Part shown: piece after piece, positions 28,869-38,941 of the stretch
How the letters are laid out: the number at the start of each line of letters is the position of its first letter
How positions within the stretch are numbered: the first letter of the stretch is position 1
Source of the DNA: Macrostomum lignano
Taxonomy: Eukaryota
DNA: 38,941 nt
Direction: 5' to 3'
Assembly (NCBI GenBank): GCA_002269645.1
Contig: NIVC01004659.1
Location: forward strand, 1-38,941
Program-made: the position numbers and the translations under genes
The notes under the pieces: generated by a model
The model's database searches: none
What the model was told of the DNA's origin: nothing
Seen by the model: only the letters and a program-made list of their open reading frames with translations

Positions 28869-30035
28869 TCAACGAGACACAAAAATAATGCTGTCATTTT
28901 CAATTTTCACAATATATCCTGCTCCAATTACTGGTGGCAGCACCAGTTGCAGTTGGTATCGAGGTACGACATTATTAGCCGCCTCAAATTCCCCGTCTCC
29001 CAATACCTCCATCAGGGAATCCAATCCAGCCGGTTCTTCAATAATGTTTGGCTGAGCAATCTGTTCACCAATGTTATTGATGCTTGAAAGCTGCTCGCCG
29101 ATGCCTGGAGGCTGCTGCTGCTGCTCGCTGATGCTAAGAGGCTGCTGTTGCTGCTTGCTGATGCTGGGAGGCTGCTGTTGCTGCTCGCCGATGCCTGGAG
29201 GCTGCTGCTGCTGCTCGCTGATGCTAGGAGGCTGCTCGCCGATGCCTGGAGGCTGCTGCTGCTGCTCGCTGATGCTAGGAGGCTGCTCACCGATGCCTGG
29301 AGGCTGCTGCTGCTGCTCGCTGATGCTAAGAGGCTGCTGTTGCTGCTCGCTGATGCTGGGAGGCTGCTGTTGCTGCTCGCCGATGCCTGGAGGCTGCTGC
29401 TGCTGCTCGCTGATGCTAGGAGGCTGCTGCTGCTGCCGCTCGCTGATGCTAAGAGGCTGCTCGCCGATGCATGGAGGCTGCTGCTGCTGCTGCTGCTCGC
29501 TGATGCTGGGAGGCTGCTCATTGTTGATAGCAATGTCGCTGTCCTCAGTCTCCTCATCGGTTGGCTCTTCGTACAGAAGGCTGTCGGGACTGTCCATGCG
29601 GATCTGCTTTCCTCTGATATCCGGGGGATGTCTAGCCGACTGAGCAGCGAGTGGGCGTTGGAATTGTGACTGCTGCGGCTGCTCAACAAAGTCATCATCG
29701 CTGCTACAGCCGTCTCTAATTACACCGTTTATTAATTGGCTGAGAGCCTGTCGTGCAGCGGTTTGCTCTCCGGCTATTTGATGCGCTTTCTGCATAACTA
29801 TGCGTCTTAAATTTTTCATTCCATTGTCTCCAGTAGGCAGCTGCTGATGCCCGCGGTGAGCTTTGAATTTTCCCGCTTTTCCTTCACGCTTCATTACAAC
29901 GCCACACTGCCAGCAAACGTTGAAAGTGCTCTTGTTGCACTCTTTGTGATGGCCAGGCTTTAAAAATCCAACAACGCACTTGTTGCAAGTTAGGCAGACT
30001 TCAAAGGTAGCATATGAGTCGCTAATCTTCTTCAT
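28869..30035 (-). CDS. Cys/His-rich N-terminus plus acidic and Gln/Pro-repeat protein (388 aa); possibly the first exon of polB
   Basis: ACAATGA start; CxxCxxC...HHxxC...CxxC...HxxH; acidic EEPTDEETEDSD; many QQQQPP(S/G)I(S/G)E repeats. Confidence 0.65.
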   Translation of the reverse strand: MKKISDSYATFEVCLTCNKCVVGFLKPGHHKECNKSTFNVCWQCGVVMKREGKAGKFKAHRGHQQLPTGDNGMKNLRRIVMQKAHQIAGEQTAARQALSQLINGVIRDGCSSDDDFVEQPQQSQFQRPLAAQSARHPPDIRGKQIRMDSPDSLLYEEPTDEETEDSDIAINNEQPPSISEQQQQQQPPCIGEQPLSISERQQQQPPSISEQQQQPPGIGEQQQQPPSISEQQQQPLSISEQQQQPPGIGEQPPSISEQQQQPPGIGEQPPSISEQQQQPPGIGEQQQQPPSISKQQQQPLSISEQQQQPPGIGEQLSSINNIGEQIAQPNIIEEPAGLDSLMEVLGDGEFEAANNVVPRYQLQLVLPPVIGAGYIVKIENDSIIFVSR

Positions 30036-30132
30036 TGTTGCGGCGGAAGTGAGAATTCGGAAGACTGCAGTTATTTTTCACTTCATTTATATATATACAA
30101 TTTGCGGAACACTGACCACTGAATACAGTACC

Positions 30133-30290
30133 CTCCAATCCCCATTAAATGTACATCATTATTTGTTCCCCACCAACCCCAATCCAGTTGTTCCTCAAAC
30201 CGACCAATCCTCTCCAATCAGCATAAAATGTACATCATTATTTGTTTCCACCAACCCCAATCCAGTTGTTCCTCAAACCGACCAATCGAA
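30133..30290. promoter_or_regulatory. About 79-bp tandem duplication rich in CCAAT motifs, upstream of the leftward unit
   Basis: Units start at about 30133 and 30212; several CCAATC; TATATATA at about 30087-30096. Confidence 0.55.
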
Positions 30291-31166
30291 CCCCCTCCCT
30301 AATTTTCTTTCCAAGAACGGTGTACACAGCGCAGTTGTTGTGGTAGACTAGAAGAATAATAATAATTACTCGTACACGCCGATATTATTCTGGCGCAATA
30401 ACAAACTTTGTGCTTAGTAGACCCCAGACCTTTATCTAATAAAATTTCCCACAATATTTACTTTATATTAATTGGGCTTCGTTCTGTACCATAAACCGCC
30501 TATACAGTTGTAAAACTGAGATCAACGGAAGAGCCTAGCAGTGAGAGCGTCGTGAGCCCCAACTAGCTTTTATGATCCGAACACTGTATCATCCAACCCT
30601 TCCGATTTTCATACCTATATTTTTCCCTTTACACCGCCGGCAAGACTTGAACTAACCACAGCTCTGCCTAGCCCCTTATATCTCTCAGTGTACAATGGGG
30701 AGGGGGGACATAGGTGCGTAGGCCTGCGCCATTGCTTAACCAACCTCAGACACATACAACGCCTAATCCCCTCCTCTCGGATTTCCCCCATCCCACTTTC
30801 AAACCCAATGCAATAGGGCTCTATACTACCATGGCCCTCCTATCTCCGCAGTGCAAGTGCGGCAGAGTCTGGGTTTTTTGTGCGAATGGGTGCGAATAGC
30901 ATCCTGGTCTTAAAAATCGCACCCTGAAATTTGACTCAGGGTGTGAAAAGCGCACCAGAATTTTTTGCAAGGATGTGATGCGGATTTCACAATTTAGTGT
31001 TATGTACGTCTTTAGTGTTATTAGTGTTAGACCAGTTTTTGTCTGCAGCAGTGCAGCGCATCCTGGTCTTGAAAATCGCACCCTGAAATCTAGCACAGGG
31101 TGCGAAATCGCACCCAAGTTATGGACGAAAAAACCCAGGGCAGAGTTGCATATGCGTTTCACCACT

Positions 31167-31886
31167 AGAGTTGAACAACTGTTTTAGAGCTCACCTCTCT
31201 GTCCCTGCACAGTGAAAGTGCGGCAGAGTTGAACAACTGTTTTAGAGCTCACCTCTCTGTCCCTGCACAGTGAAAGTGCGGCAGAGTTGAACAACTGTTT
31301 TAGAGCTCACCTCTCTGTCCCTGCACAGTGAAAGTGCGGCAGAGTTGAACAACTGTTTTAGAGCTCACCTCTCTGTCCCTGCACAGTGAAAGTGCGGCAG
31401 AGTTGAACAACTGTTTTAGAGCTCACCTCTCTGTCCCTGCACAGTGAAAGTGCGGCAGAGTTGAACAACTGTTTTAGAGCTCACCTCTCTGTCCCTGCAC
31501 AGTGAAAGTGCGGCAGAGTTGAACAACTGTTTTAGAGCTCACCTCTCTGTCCCTGCACAGTGAAAGTGCGGCAGAGTTGAACAACTGTTTTAGAGCTCAC
31601 CTCTCTGTCCCTGCACAGTGAAAGTGCGGCAGAGTTGAACAACTGTTTTAGAGCTCACCTCTCTGTCCCTGCACAGTGAAAGTGCGGCAGAGTTGAACAA
31701 CTGTTTTAGAGCTCACCTCTCTGTCCCTGCACAGTGAAAGTGCGGCAGAGTTGAACAACTGTTTTAGAGCTCACCTCTCTGTCCCTGCACAGTGAAAGTG
31801 CGGCAGAGTTGAACAACTGTTTTAGAGCTCACCTCTCTGTCCCTGCACAGTGAAAGTGCGGCAGAGTTGAACAACTGTTTTAGAGC
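31167..31886 (-). repeat. 58-bp tandem array, about 12.4 copies, reverse complement of the left array
   Basis: Same unit, opposite orientation. Confidence 0.97.
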
Positions 31887-32391
31887 TCACCAACCTCACC
31901 TCCACTTCAAACCCTACCCTTTCCACTCAAGCCCGCACCCGTTACAAAGTTTATTGCCCATTTATTAGAATTGCCAGAGGCAGACACCCAAGAAGACCAG
32001 AGCCTCTCTCTTATCTATTTCACTCCGCACTGACAAATAGTGCGGCAGAGTTGCATAAGCATGCTATAGGATAAACACAGTGGGGCCGGGGGACGCCGAG
32101 GAGTTGCATAGGCCAGGCACAAATTGAGGTGGACGTTTCCACGCCATGCCTACCTTGTTTTTAATTTGTTTACTCTGCTATTCCAAAACCTTCCGATGCT
32201 TTGCTTTGCTACCTGCCTCCCCCAGTGCGGCAGAGTTGCATAAGCGTTTCACCACCCAGCCAATCACACCCACCCCATGCCCTTATTTCCATTGGCTATC
32301 TCAGCTGGCTCTTTTACGCCCTCCTATCCTTTTACATTACCGCCTATCTCCGCAGTGCAAGTGCGGCAGAGTTGCATAAACTCATACTACT
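31167..32391 (-). repeat. Right terminal inverted repeat
   Basis: Ends AAACTCATACTACT; similar but not identical to the left arm. Confidence 0.92.
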
Positions 32392-32397
32392 CTAGTT
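32392..32397. other. Right target-site duplication CTAGTT
   Basis: Matches 13546-13551. Confidence 0.95.
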
Positions 32398-32587
32398 CAG
32401 TCCGAAAGTCTAGCGTTTTCTGGGGATCAAGGGTGCCCAGCGGTATCTAATCTACTTCCCTAATACCTAATCTCTTAATGCCTAATGTCTATTGTAAGCC
32501 TGTACGGCTTTCTTAGGGTCTGTACGACCTCGAGATTCCCCCTTTTTGGCCTCTGTCCTGGGTCTTTACGACCTCAAATTTTCCTAT

Positions 32588-32763
32588 CTAGAGTCCTGGT
32601 TTTGGGTCTCCACGACCTCTGGTTTCCCTATCTAGAATCCTGGTTTTGGGTCTCCACGACCTCTGGTTTCCCTATCTAGAATCCTGGTTTTGGGTCTCCA
32701 CGACCTCTGGTTTCCCTATCTAGAATCCTGGTTTTGGGTCTCCACGACCTCTGGTTTCCCTAT
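32588..32763. repeat. 44-bp minisatellite x4
   Basis: Units at 32588, 32632, 32676 and 32720. Confidence 0.93.
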
Positions 32764-33705
32764 CTTATGAAAGAAATAACGAGATAAGTCTTAGCCAAAT
32801 TTAGATTGGTTTCGCTAAAAGATTCTCGCAAGAATAGTTAAAAGCAAATATTGAGATCGAGCGCCGAGGTTATATTTTTTAGCGTTAACCTGATTCCTTT
32901 TATACAGAAAAATTTGGGCAAGGTGGGACGCATTTTAACAATTACTAAAATTATAACAAAAGAATTTGATTTGTTTAGGAAATTTAAACAAATGGGAAGA
33001 AAATTTCTGATTGGCTGTGATTAAAACTCGGTTTAACTACTGTTATAAGTAATATAAATAGTTTATAAGGATTCTGCCTCAAATATTTAATATTGAATAA
33101 ATGAAATTATTTATTTATTAAATAATTTTTCATTATTTAGTAAATAAATATTCAAAAATAAATAAATAAATAAAACCACCACCGCAGAATGGTGGTTTTC
33201 ATTTCTTATACATGCAGTTGACTGTGTAAAAGTGTAACACAAGGATATCGATCGTCTTTCAACTTAAGTAGTCCTTGGCAAAAATAAGCGAAAAAAGTAT
33301 TGATGAAATTAAAAATATACATGAAAATAATTACGATTCAATAAAAATTTGATCTATGCAAATTATTTGACTGCTTGGAGTTCAAGGATTTTTTTTCTAT
33401 GCCGACGGTAAATAGAGAGTGATCTGACTACTTTTAGTAGTGGGAACAGCAGCTGCAATGGATCGACTTGCATTAAATTCTTCTACATTTAGCTACATGT
33501 AACATTTTCTAAAAGATTATTTAATTGTTGGTTATCAATTTTTAAAGAGATATTCGGTGGTCTTCTTCAAAGGCCGCTTGAAATTTTAAAACAGTTTCAA
33601 GAAATCTTCAAGACACAAACGCTGTTACTAGTAAACTCTGCATTATCTTCCTGATAGTATCTTATAGCACTGAGTCGAGGGCACTCGGAAAATGTTCTGG
33701 CGTCT

Positions 33706-33999
33706 CTGGTGCTAAAGCCCCTGCTGCTACAGCCCCTGCTGCTACAGCCCCTGGGCTAAAGCCCCTTGGTGCTAAAGCCCCTTGGTGCTAAAGCCCCTTG
33801 GTGCTAAAGCCCCTTGGTGCTAAAGCCCCTTGGTGCTAAAGCCCCTTGGTGCTAAAGCCCCTTGGTGCTAAAGCCCCTTGGTGCTAAAGCCCCTTGGTGC
33901 TAAAGCCCCTGGTGCTAAAGCCCCTGGAGCTAAAGCCCCTGGTGCTAAAGCCCCTGGTGCTAAAGCCCCTGCTGCTACAGCCCCTGGTGCGAAAAGCCC
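33706..33999. repeat. 15/16-bp minisatellite GGTGCTAAAGCCCCT(T)
   Basis: 16-bp units followed by 15-bp units, with degenerate edges. Confidence 0.92.
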
Positions 34000-34647
34000 A
34001 AAGCTGCTTGTGCTACGACAATAAGCTAGCAAGAAAAGCATCCAGTCCATGTTTATTCAGAGCAGCCTTGCAAAGACAAAATTTCGTGTTTTACAAGTTT
34101 TTTCTTTAGCCAAGTCTTCAACTAGGAGGTTTCACTTTTCATTTTCACAGCCGGTTTGGCATGCACAGCAAATATGACACACGAGCAGCCAAAAAAACAC
34201 ATTAAATGTAAAGTATAGGCCTAGTATCCATGAACTGCACTTACTGCAATGTGTGAAAGCACACACTGAAAGAGCTTCCTTCAACCGAGCCAGGTTGAAA
34301 GCTACAACAGCTTTGGGTATGCCATCACCCTGTCGTCTCTTCCTAATGCCCATTTTTTCAACATCTTGCATTCTCTCATTGGGCCGTCCAACTTCGTAGC
34401 CAGTTAAGTGTTTGTCGCCGGGAAGTTTTTCTGGTTATAGTGTAAATAGGGATTTTCGGCCTAGCTCATTCAGCCCATGAAATATACATGAGTCCATTGC
34501 TGCTGAAAAATTGTGCCTCACATTGAAATTGAAGCAAGCCCTAGTGGCAACGCACTGGCAATCTTTTTGATTAAGAAAGAACCGTTCTATATAGGCTTTA
34601 GATTGCCAGTAACAAATTCTTTCAACAATCCATTTGTGTGCAGCGAA

Positions 34648-37600
34648 ATGGCCTGTAAAACTGCAGTCATCACAACGGTTGCCTTGCTCTTGTGTCTGAC
34701 GCTAGTTGCTGGTAACTATACCGGTATTTTAATTTTTCACATACTGTATACAGGCCATAAAGTAGTGCATGTAAAATTCATGGTGGTGATGGAAGTTACA
34801 TCTAGGCGGGACTCATCTCCACTTTACTCCGCAGGTGCCACGCGTTAGCCATGAAGTAGGCATGAACTTTATAACTGGCATTGATTTTTCTGAATACAGT
34901 GTAGTCAAGGCTGTGGGATTCTATCCCCGATCTTGCGTTCAAAGCGTTCATTCCAATGTTCATCTTTCGATATGTCCTGCCTTTCTAAGAGATCTAGTGT
35001 CGCATTCATAGAACTTTTCGTTAGGAAAATTTAGGATTCCATATTAATTTTATATCCTACATACATGTACTGTTGCCTAAAAATCATAAAAATGGAATAG
35101 CTCGTACAAAGGACCAATTTTGTTGGGCAAACCAGTAAAATCAATAGACAGAAGGTATCTGGGTCAGAAGGGTTCGTTAAATTATTTTTAAATTGAATGT
35201 AAACGGATTTTTTGAACGATGATCCCTTTTGTTATGATAGAATTGTTTAGATTTTCATTAACGGATGCCTGTAACACTGCTCATTTGTGCATTAAAAGTT
35301 TCTGAATCTTCAGTTGTCAGTTAGCTTGAACCGAAAATTTCTGAAAGAAGCTTAGCTCACTGCCTGAAAACGTTTTTTGAGTTAGGTGAATTACATGTAA
35401 GAAGAAGAGTCACAGCCATAGTAACACGGAGAATGCTTTTGAATGCATTTTCATTTGCCCCAAGTAATTGGCATTTTGTTCATTACTACAGAGAGCTGGC
35501 ACACAATGCTAAAATTGTAGGCAAGACAGGATGCAATAGCGTTTTTGAGGTGGAAGCCAAACAGCTAATTAGTATAAAGCTAGACTGTCCCAGCAGCTGC
35601 AAGTAAAATACCTTTTGTCTTTTTGTCAAAGTAATGAGAAAAGCATTCGCTAAACTTGCAGCAGACAACACTTGCCGGTGGCAGTCTTCCTGTAATTCTA
35701 GCCTATAGCATCATCAATTTTTAATTGTCTTGCTAACAAGCCTCCCTCAACTTCCCCTCAACATTAAGGGTTGCTCATGGATTCAAAGGATTTACCTTTG
35801 GGAGCTAATTGAGCTGTCATCAAAAATTGGATGACAAACAGCATCTACTAAATGTTAGCAAGATTAACCACATCATTTTTTCCTTGACTAGCCCCTGGAC
35901 ACGCAGTGGAGCGTCTAAAATACTTCTAAAATAAAATATGGATGTTAACTACGATTTTTTGAATTCATCAAACAGCTACTACATTCAAAAGAAATACCTT
36001 TATTACACAGCTGTGCAGCATGTCTCTGACTTCGAACTGGTGTTTGTTGGCAAGAACAAATCGGCCCAGACATCATCGAGGTACTCGGGCACGGCGGACC
36101 CCATCCATGTCAACGATGGTGTCACCAATAGATACATGATTCATTCAGCAGCTGGAGACCCAATGCCGTGGGTGATGCTGGACATGGATCAGCCGCACGC
36201 CGTGTTCGGTGCTCGTGTCTGGAACCGGCTTGACAACACCTGGAACGAAAGATTTACGCAGATCAGCTTTGGTGAGTGAAGTTGGTCTTTAGTCTTTGCT
36301 TATTGTCTTGATTTGGACCTAATCTATTTGTACTTACTTAAGTACTCTAATTCCCTCCGCCCTGCCAAAAACTCCGGCCAGGTAATTAAGCTACCTGGTG
36401 TTGTGTCGTGTAACTTGACGGGTCAACTAAATGATAATATTGTTACGCTGAGATTTCTAATATAGTATGGTATAACGTAACTGCTAACTATATTATTATT
36501 ACTGTATTTTACTTATACTGCCACTTTCAGTAGAGTAGTTGATAAATTGTCCGTATAATGTATTATTTATTGATCACGTGATATCTCTGGCTCTTTAATT
36601 TATCGATCGTGTAGTTTTCTAGTGTGGACAGAATATCGATCATGTAGTTTTTCTAAGGTGACTAAAATATAAATAAAGCAACTGTGCGCAACTGGCACTT
36701 TACTTTCAACTACAACTGGAAACCTCAAGTCTTGGCTACACAACAACTGGCGACGAGGATCGACTAAGATGGCTCTCAACGTTAGCCCACCTGCACCATT
36801 TCTGCCAACAAGCGGATCACCGGCGGTCCCATGGAACAGATGGCTGGACGCATTCGACTTCTATTGCCAAGCAGCCAAAATCTGGACACCCCGACCGGCA
36901 GGAGAAGAAGCCCCGACTGATGAGGCTACGCGACTGGTGACAGTGTGCAGGAACCATCTACTGCACTTCTCGGCTTCGAGGGGCAGCGGATTGCAAGGGC
37001 CCGAAACGCGATTGTCGACGGTCATACCTTTTGGCAAACCCCGATCAGCTGACGACGGTATTTGGTGACCGACCAAATGTGATGTTGGCGCGTCATCGAT
37101 TCAGGGAGCGACAGCAGCTGCCGGGCGAAGACGCAGTCACGTTCGTCGCAGCGCTACGAGAGCTATCAGCCACGTGCAGCTACGGACCTCTGGCAGACGA
37201 AATGATCCGCGACCAGCTTGCCCATAAGACCAGCAGCACTCGAATACGCGAGCGTCTTCTGACGGAGGACGCCGCCAGGCTGACACTAGAGCAAGCAGTT
37301 GTCATCGCGACTACGATCGAGGACGCGGCGGCAGGCAGCAAGGCGATGGCGGCGACCAGCTCCTTTGGAAGCGTCCAGACGGTGCGGCAGGCAGCGAGGC
37401 GACAGGGCCCCGGCAGCGCTCCGCCAGACAGCAGGTCGCAGCATTCAGCCAAAAGCTCCTGCACCCGATGCGGACGGAGCCACGAGGCCAAGGCGAAGTG
37501 TCCCGCGCACGGCAAGAAATTCAACAATTGCGGGGATTTGAACCACTTCAGTCGATGCTGCCGCAGCAAGGCACTCCAAGTCAGCGCAGACGAGACGGTC

Positions 37601-38941
37601 ATGATCTAAGCGGTGCATGGCAGCGACGAGATCCGAGTCGAGCTTCAGCTGGGCACCTGCTCGAAGACTGTCAGCCTGATGGTCGACTGCCGCGCCAAAG
37701 TTTCTCTGCTCAACGAGGCTACGGCGAGAAGTCTGAGCGACATCAATCTAAAGCCATCGACAGTACAGCCACGAGCTTACGGCGGGAAGAAGATCGCCGT
37801 CGCGGGGCTCGCAACAGTCTGCGTCAAGTACTGCAGCCAAGAACTGCAACACGACTTTCACGTCACTAGGTCGGGCGAAAATATCGTCGGCCGCGATCTG
37901 ATGCAGAAGCTGGGCATCCAAGTGCGACTCCAGCCTCACGATGCCAACATCGGAATTGCCAACGTGGACATCGCCAGCGAGTTCCCAGCTGTCTTAAAGC
38001 TGTCTTAACGCCCTTAAAGCATGGGTATTAATGTACTATTAATTTAGTAAACGCTTAACGTAACAAGTTTCAGGAGGCGAAAATATTTAGGATGAGAAAA
38101 CAAACTGAATGTTGAATTTGATTTTGAACATTATTATTGCAAATTTATTAAGGAAAATGATGTTTAAAGCAAAATGCTTCCGCTATGAAATTCAGCTACC
38201 TAGCCTAAGATATCAGCATCCTATTTGAGCTTTTGCTCAAGGCTTCTGATCGAGCAACCCACCATGAGCCACAGCACTTCAGCAATCAAACCATGGTTCG
38301 TTACACCTCCCAATAAGCCTTGATATCTCAGCAATTGGTAGAGGCTACAGCCTAGTGGTCAGAGCGTCGGACTCACGACTGAAAGGTTAGGGGTTCGATT
38401 CGCGATCCACTCGGAACGATTTGTGTCCTCGAGCAAGAACCTAACTCTGCATTGCTTCAGTTCACCCAGCTGTAAAATGGGTGCCAGCATTAGCTGGGGT
38501 AAATTGGTAATTTAGTGTGTGTGATGACCCCCCGGTCCTTGGACTGAACAGCCGTACGCAGCCTTCAGGTAATAGTGACCGTACAGTTTCAAAAGCTACT
38601 TGCAGTTTATTAAAGAGTTTATTCCTTTCTTTGTTGCCTCCCGGGGGCGAAGGTTGCTAGTTTACAGCTAAAATAATTTCTGGTATCGAGTTGAACTCGT
38701 TAGAGACATGTTTCAGAATAAGTGCTAAGATATGAATTTTCAACTTTCGGTTGCCTGCCTACCTAACCTATTTAATTTCTTTTTAAGACTTTGAAGTTGT
38801 CGCTATCCCACCTCTGCCACCACAGGTGTGACAAACAACCCCGCGTGTGGACTGCATTCAATTCACACCTGTTTCAACTGTGCTCTACTACACGGATGTG
38901 CCCACTGTTGCTGACAACCCGATCAAAGTCAACTGTTCCAA
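34648..38941 (+). CDS. F-type lectin, copy 2 (exons 34648-34711, 36011-36271, 38826 to window end), 3' partial
   Basis: Signal peptide MACKTAVITTVALLLCLTLVA|A; phase-1 GT-AG junctions; H...RLD...R FTP motif. Exon 3 is near-identical to 12184-12301 but 2 nt shorter. Confidence 0.8.
36399..36745 (+). repeat. 5' LTR of a Ty3/Gypsy element (347 bp)
   Basis: 8-bp inverted ends TGTTGTGT...ACACAACA; AATAAA at about 36672; 2-nt spacer, then primer-binding site TGGCGACGAGGAT (36748-36760). Confidence 0.8.
36399..38008 (+). mobile_element. 3'-truncated Ty3/Gypsy (Mag-like) retrotransposon: LTR, PBS, gag, protease remnant; intronic
   Basis: Gag PW..W...F..Y..A, RHRFRERQQLPGE...LRELS..C.Y...IRDQL; double knuckle CTRCGRSH...CPA.GKK(F)NNC...H...C; protease-like MVDCRAKVSL and IVGRDLM. 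Frameshifts and an in-frame TAA (37607-37609). No RT, IN or 3' LTR. Confidence 0.85.
38342..38568 (+). mobile_element. Third, 3'-truncated copy of the CORE-like tRNA SINE
   Basis: Aligns to 10110-10330, including the B box GGTTCGATTC and CAGTTCACCCAGCTGTAAAATGGGTGCCAGCATTAGCTGGGG. Confidence 0.85.

Larger units (their letters stand above)
13552..32391. mobile_element. Complete Polinton/Maverick (adintovirus-like) element, 18,840 bp
   Basis: Ends AGTAGTATGAGTTT...AAACTCATACTACT; 6-bp TSD; long inverted arms; INT, mCP, MCP, PRO, ATPase and pPolB all present. Left-arm genes on +, right-arm genes on -, converging on an AT-rich spacer (about 23180-23530) with AATAAA on both strands. Confidence 0.97.

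Noticed and set aside
29012-29698. Poly-Ser, poly-Cys and poly-Leu ORFs
   Set aside because: Alternative frames of the CAG/CTG-rich repeats of the 28869-30035 ORF.
30631-30660. VA-RNA-like Pol III gene from GTTCAAGTC (minus strand)
   Set aside because: No A box at a suitable distance; the context fits a Pol II TATA-Inr better.
33172-33199. Hairpin AAAACCACCA-N8-TGGTGGTTTT as a Helitron 3' end or terminator
   Set aside because: No CTRR terminus follows, and it is an isolated hairpin in AT-rich DNA.
33868-34109. (APGAL)n and (LVLKP)n ORFs
   Set aside because: Translation of the 15-bp minisatellite; the adjacent 16-bp units break the frame.
34132-34440. Minus-strand ORF/exon (HLTGYEVGRPNE...FTHC|GTAAGT)
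   Set aside because: No recognisable domain or partner exons.

Overview
Intron-containing animal (invertebrate) genomic DNA; a free-living flatworm such as Macrostomum is a guess only. Host part: the 3' end of an RGG-rich gene, three caveolin genes (two form an inverted pair with a near-identical intron), and two tandem paralogues of a secreted F-type (fucose) lectin, copy 1 with a C-terminal PAN/Apple-like domain. There are also three copies of a tRNA-derived CORE-like SINE, a 3'-truncated Ty3/Gypsy element and many mini/microsatellites. The centre (13552-32391, 18,840 bp) is a complete Polinton/Maverick virus-like element. It has AGTAGT...ACTACT ends, a perfect 6-bp target-site duplication (CTAGTT) and long inverted arms, each with a 58-bp tandem array. 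It encodes integrase, minor and major capsid proteins, adenain-like protease, packaging ATPase and protein-primed PolB. The most striking result is its accessory cargo: a divergent TATA-binding-protein homologue, a tandem PC4-like protein and a Cys/His + poly-Gln protein. Together these could be an element-encoded transcription/replication toolkit. PolB also appears to be spliced to a Gly/Ser-repeat N-terminal exon. Nearly all frameshifts can be repaired by adding one base to a short homopolymer, so they look like consensus errors and the element may be intact. All assignments come from motif recognition by eye; no searches were run.
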